From: Camelus ferus
Taxonomy: Eukaryota
Assembly: GCF_009834535.1 (NCBI RefSeq)
Contig: NC_045697.1
Span: 72,666,001 to 72,730,000, forward strand
DNA length: 64,000 nt
Direction of reading: 5' to 3'
Shown here in pieces: positions 62,721-64,000 of this stretch. Under the pieces are notes generated by a model. It saw only the letters and a list, made by a program, of their open reading frames with translations. It did no database searches and was not told the origin of the DNA. Each line of letters starts with the position of its first letter. The stretch's first letter is position 1. A program made the translations under genes and the position numbers.

Positions 62721-64000
62721 TTTTATTAATGCCTCTATATTATAAAAGGTCTAAAATGATAAATATCAAGTGTTTCTCTGTGGGGGTAGCTTTATGAGTA
62801 TCTTAAAATTTCTTTCTTTTTTTGCTTCTTTAGTTTTTCAAGACTCCTAGAGGAAACATTATATCAAGGAAAACATTATAATTGAGTAATGCCTCAGAAA
62901 TAAAGGAGTACATTTTACCATATGAGCTAAGCATTAAATACAAAACTGGTTAGAAAGGTCATCTGGAAACACCTTTTGACTATTTGGATATTTTAGAATA
63001 AAAGTTGTTCATGTAACTCTTCACTACTACAGAAGTTTACCTCATTGACCTTCAAGCTATAAAAAGGGTCATTGGAAAATATTAACAGTATTAAAGCCTT
63101 TTATTATTGTCCTTATGTGTCTTTGCAGATCAGGTATTTACTTATCTGCCAGGTGCACTCTTGAACCCTTTGTTTCTATGTTTCTTAGAGAGACTTCATT
63201 CTTGGTTCACTTCAATTAAAGAAGTACTTAATGCCCAGTGTAAGCTTATTACAAGGAGGATTAAAGTAAAAGCTTAAGACATGTATCTTCTCCTGAAAAC
63301 CCACACAAAATGAACACTGTAGTGAAGGGTAGTGAAGAAGGAAAGTACCCAAGTATGAAAAATCATAATGAGCATATTAGCATTTAAATGGAAAGTTACA
63401 GGTGTGGAAGAATTCTCCTGTGTTAAGATTTTAAAACATGTGTTCTTGATTCCCTCTTTTCACTTGGCCTCACATCTCTCAAATTTTATTTTTATTGTTA
63501 ACATACAAAAATGGGGAACCCCATTCAGTGAAAACAGGAGGAATCAGTTTACACTTTGGCAGGTATTGAGCAAGTTTTGTTGTTTTTAGTATCTGTCAGG
63601 GTGGACATTATCTTTTGTGACGTGCTTCTTATCACAGAGTGTAGCAGAAGCAGGAAATGATCTGATGTATTTATTATGTTTTGTGTAGGAACATGGGAGG
63701 AAGCAAGAGACCTTGCAAGTGTGATTAGAATTGCCCCCAGTCTCTTGTTTCATTTCTTCTGAGGGGCTGTGCTTGTCCTGTTATCTGGGGGAGACCAGGG
63801 TGGGCTTTGACCCAGATCTAAACTCAGAAAGGGAGATTGAGCTGTAAGAAAGGGGAGGAAGTCCAGTAAGGAGAGAAATCTCCAGGATGGTGAACATATT
63901 ATACTTAATAAATATTTTTTTGTTTCAAATACTTATTAGAAGTGCTAAGTCTAGTAGGAGATTTTACATGTATATGGATTTTAAGTAGAGATGGATGCAT

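Noticed and set aside
52525..63245. Additional minus-strand exon candidates (52751-52525, ~54033 acceptor, 58074-57946, ~63245-63147 with AT instead of GT)
   Set aside because: Compatible with the ghost-gene model but individually too weak to list as features.
1..64000. CRISPR arrays, operons, rRNA, CpG-island promoter
   Set aside because: Mammalian repeat-rich DNA with no regularly spaced repeats, rRNA sequence or CpG island.

Overview
AT-rich, CpG-poor mammalian genomic DNA, most likely a camelid: it carries three tRNA-Ala-derived SINEs of the vic-1 type and two young L1 copies. I found no intact protein-coding gene, RNA gene or CpG island. About half the window is transposon debris (L1, L2, L3/CR1, MIR, MaLR/ERVL LTRs, hAT DNA elements, microsatellites), and most ORF-track entries are L1 pieces or chance ORFs. 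The main unexplained structure lies in the non-repeat DNA: about 20-25 exon-like segments on the MINUS strand from ~57.5 kb down to ~3.1 kb. They have polypyrimidine-AG acceptors and GT donors, several consecutive joins are phase-compatible, and they translate into Lys/Glu-rich, partly coiled-coil-like peptides broken by scattered stops and frameshifts. I read this as a candidate large, long-dead (unitary) pseudogene that I cannot name. An old L1MC-type element appears to sit inside one of its exons. This is manual inference and needs homology searches. Also notable: an L1 with a ~63-bp target-site duplication, an old twin-primed L1, an inverted pair of young L1s and a 42-nt plus-strand exon candidate. 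Repeat subfamily names come from recalled consensus motifs and boundaries are approximate.
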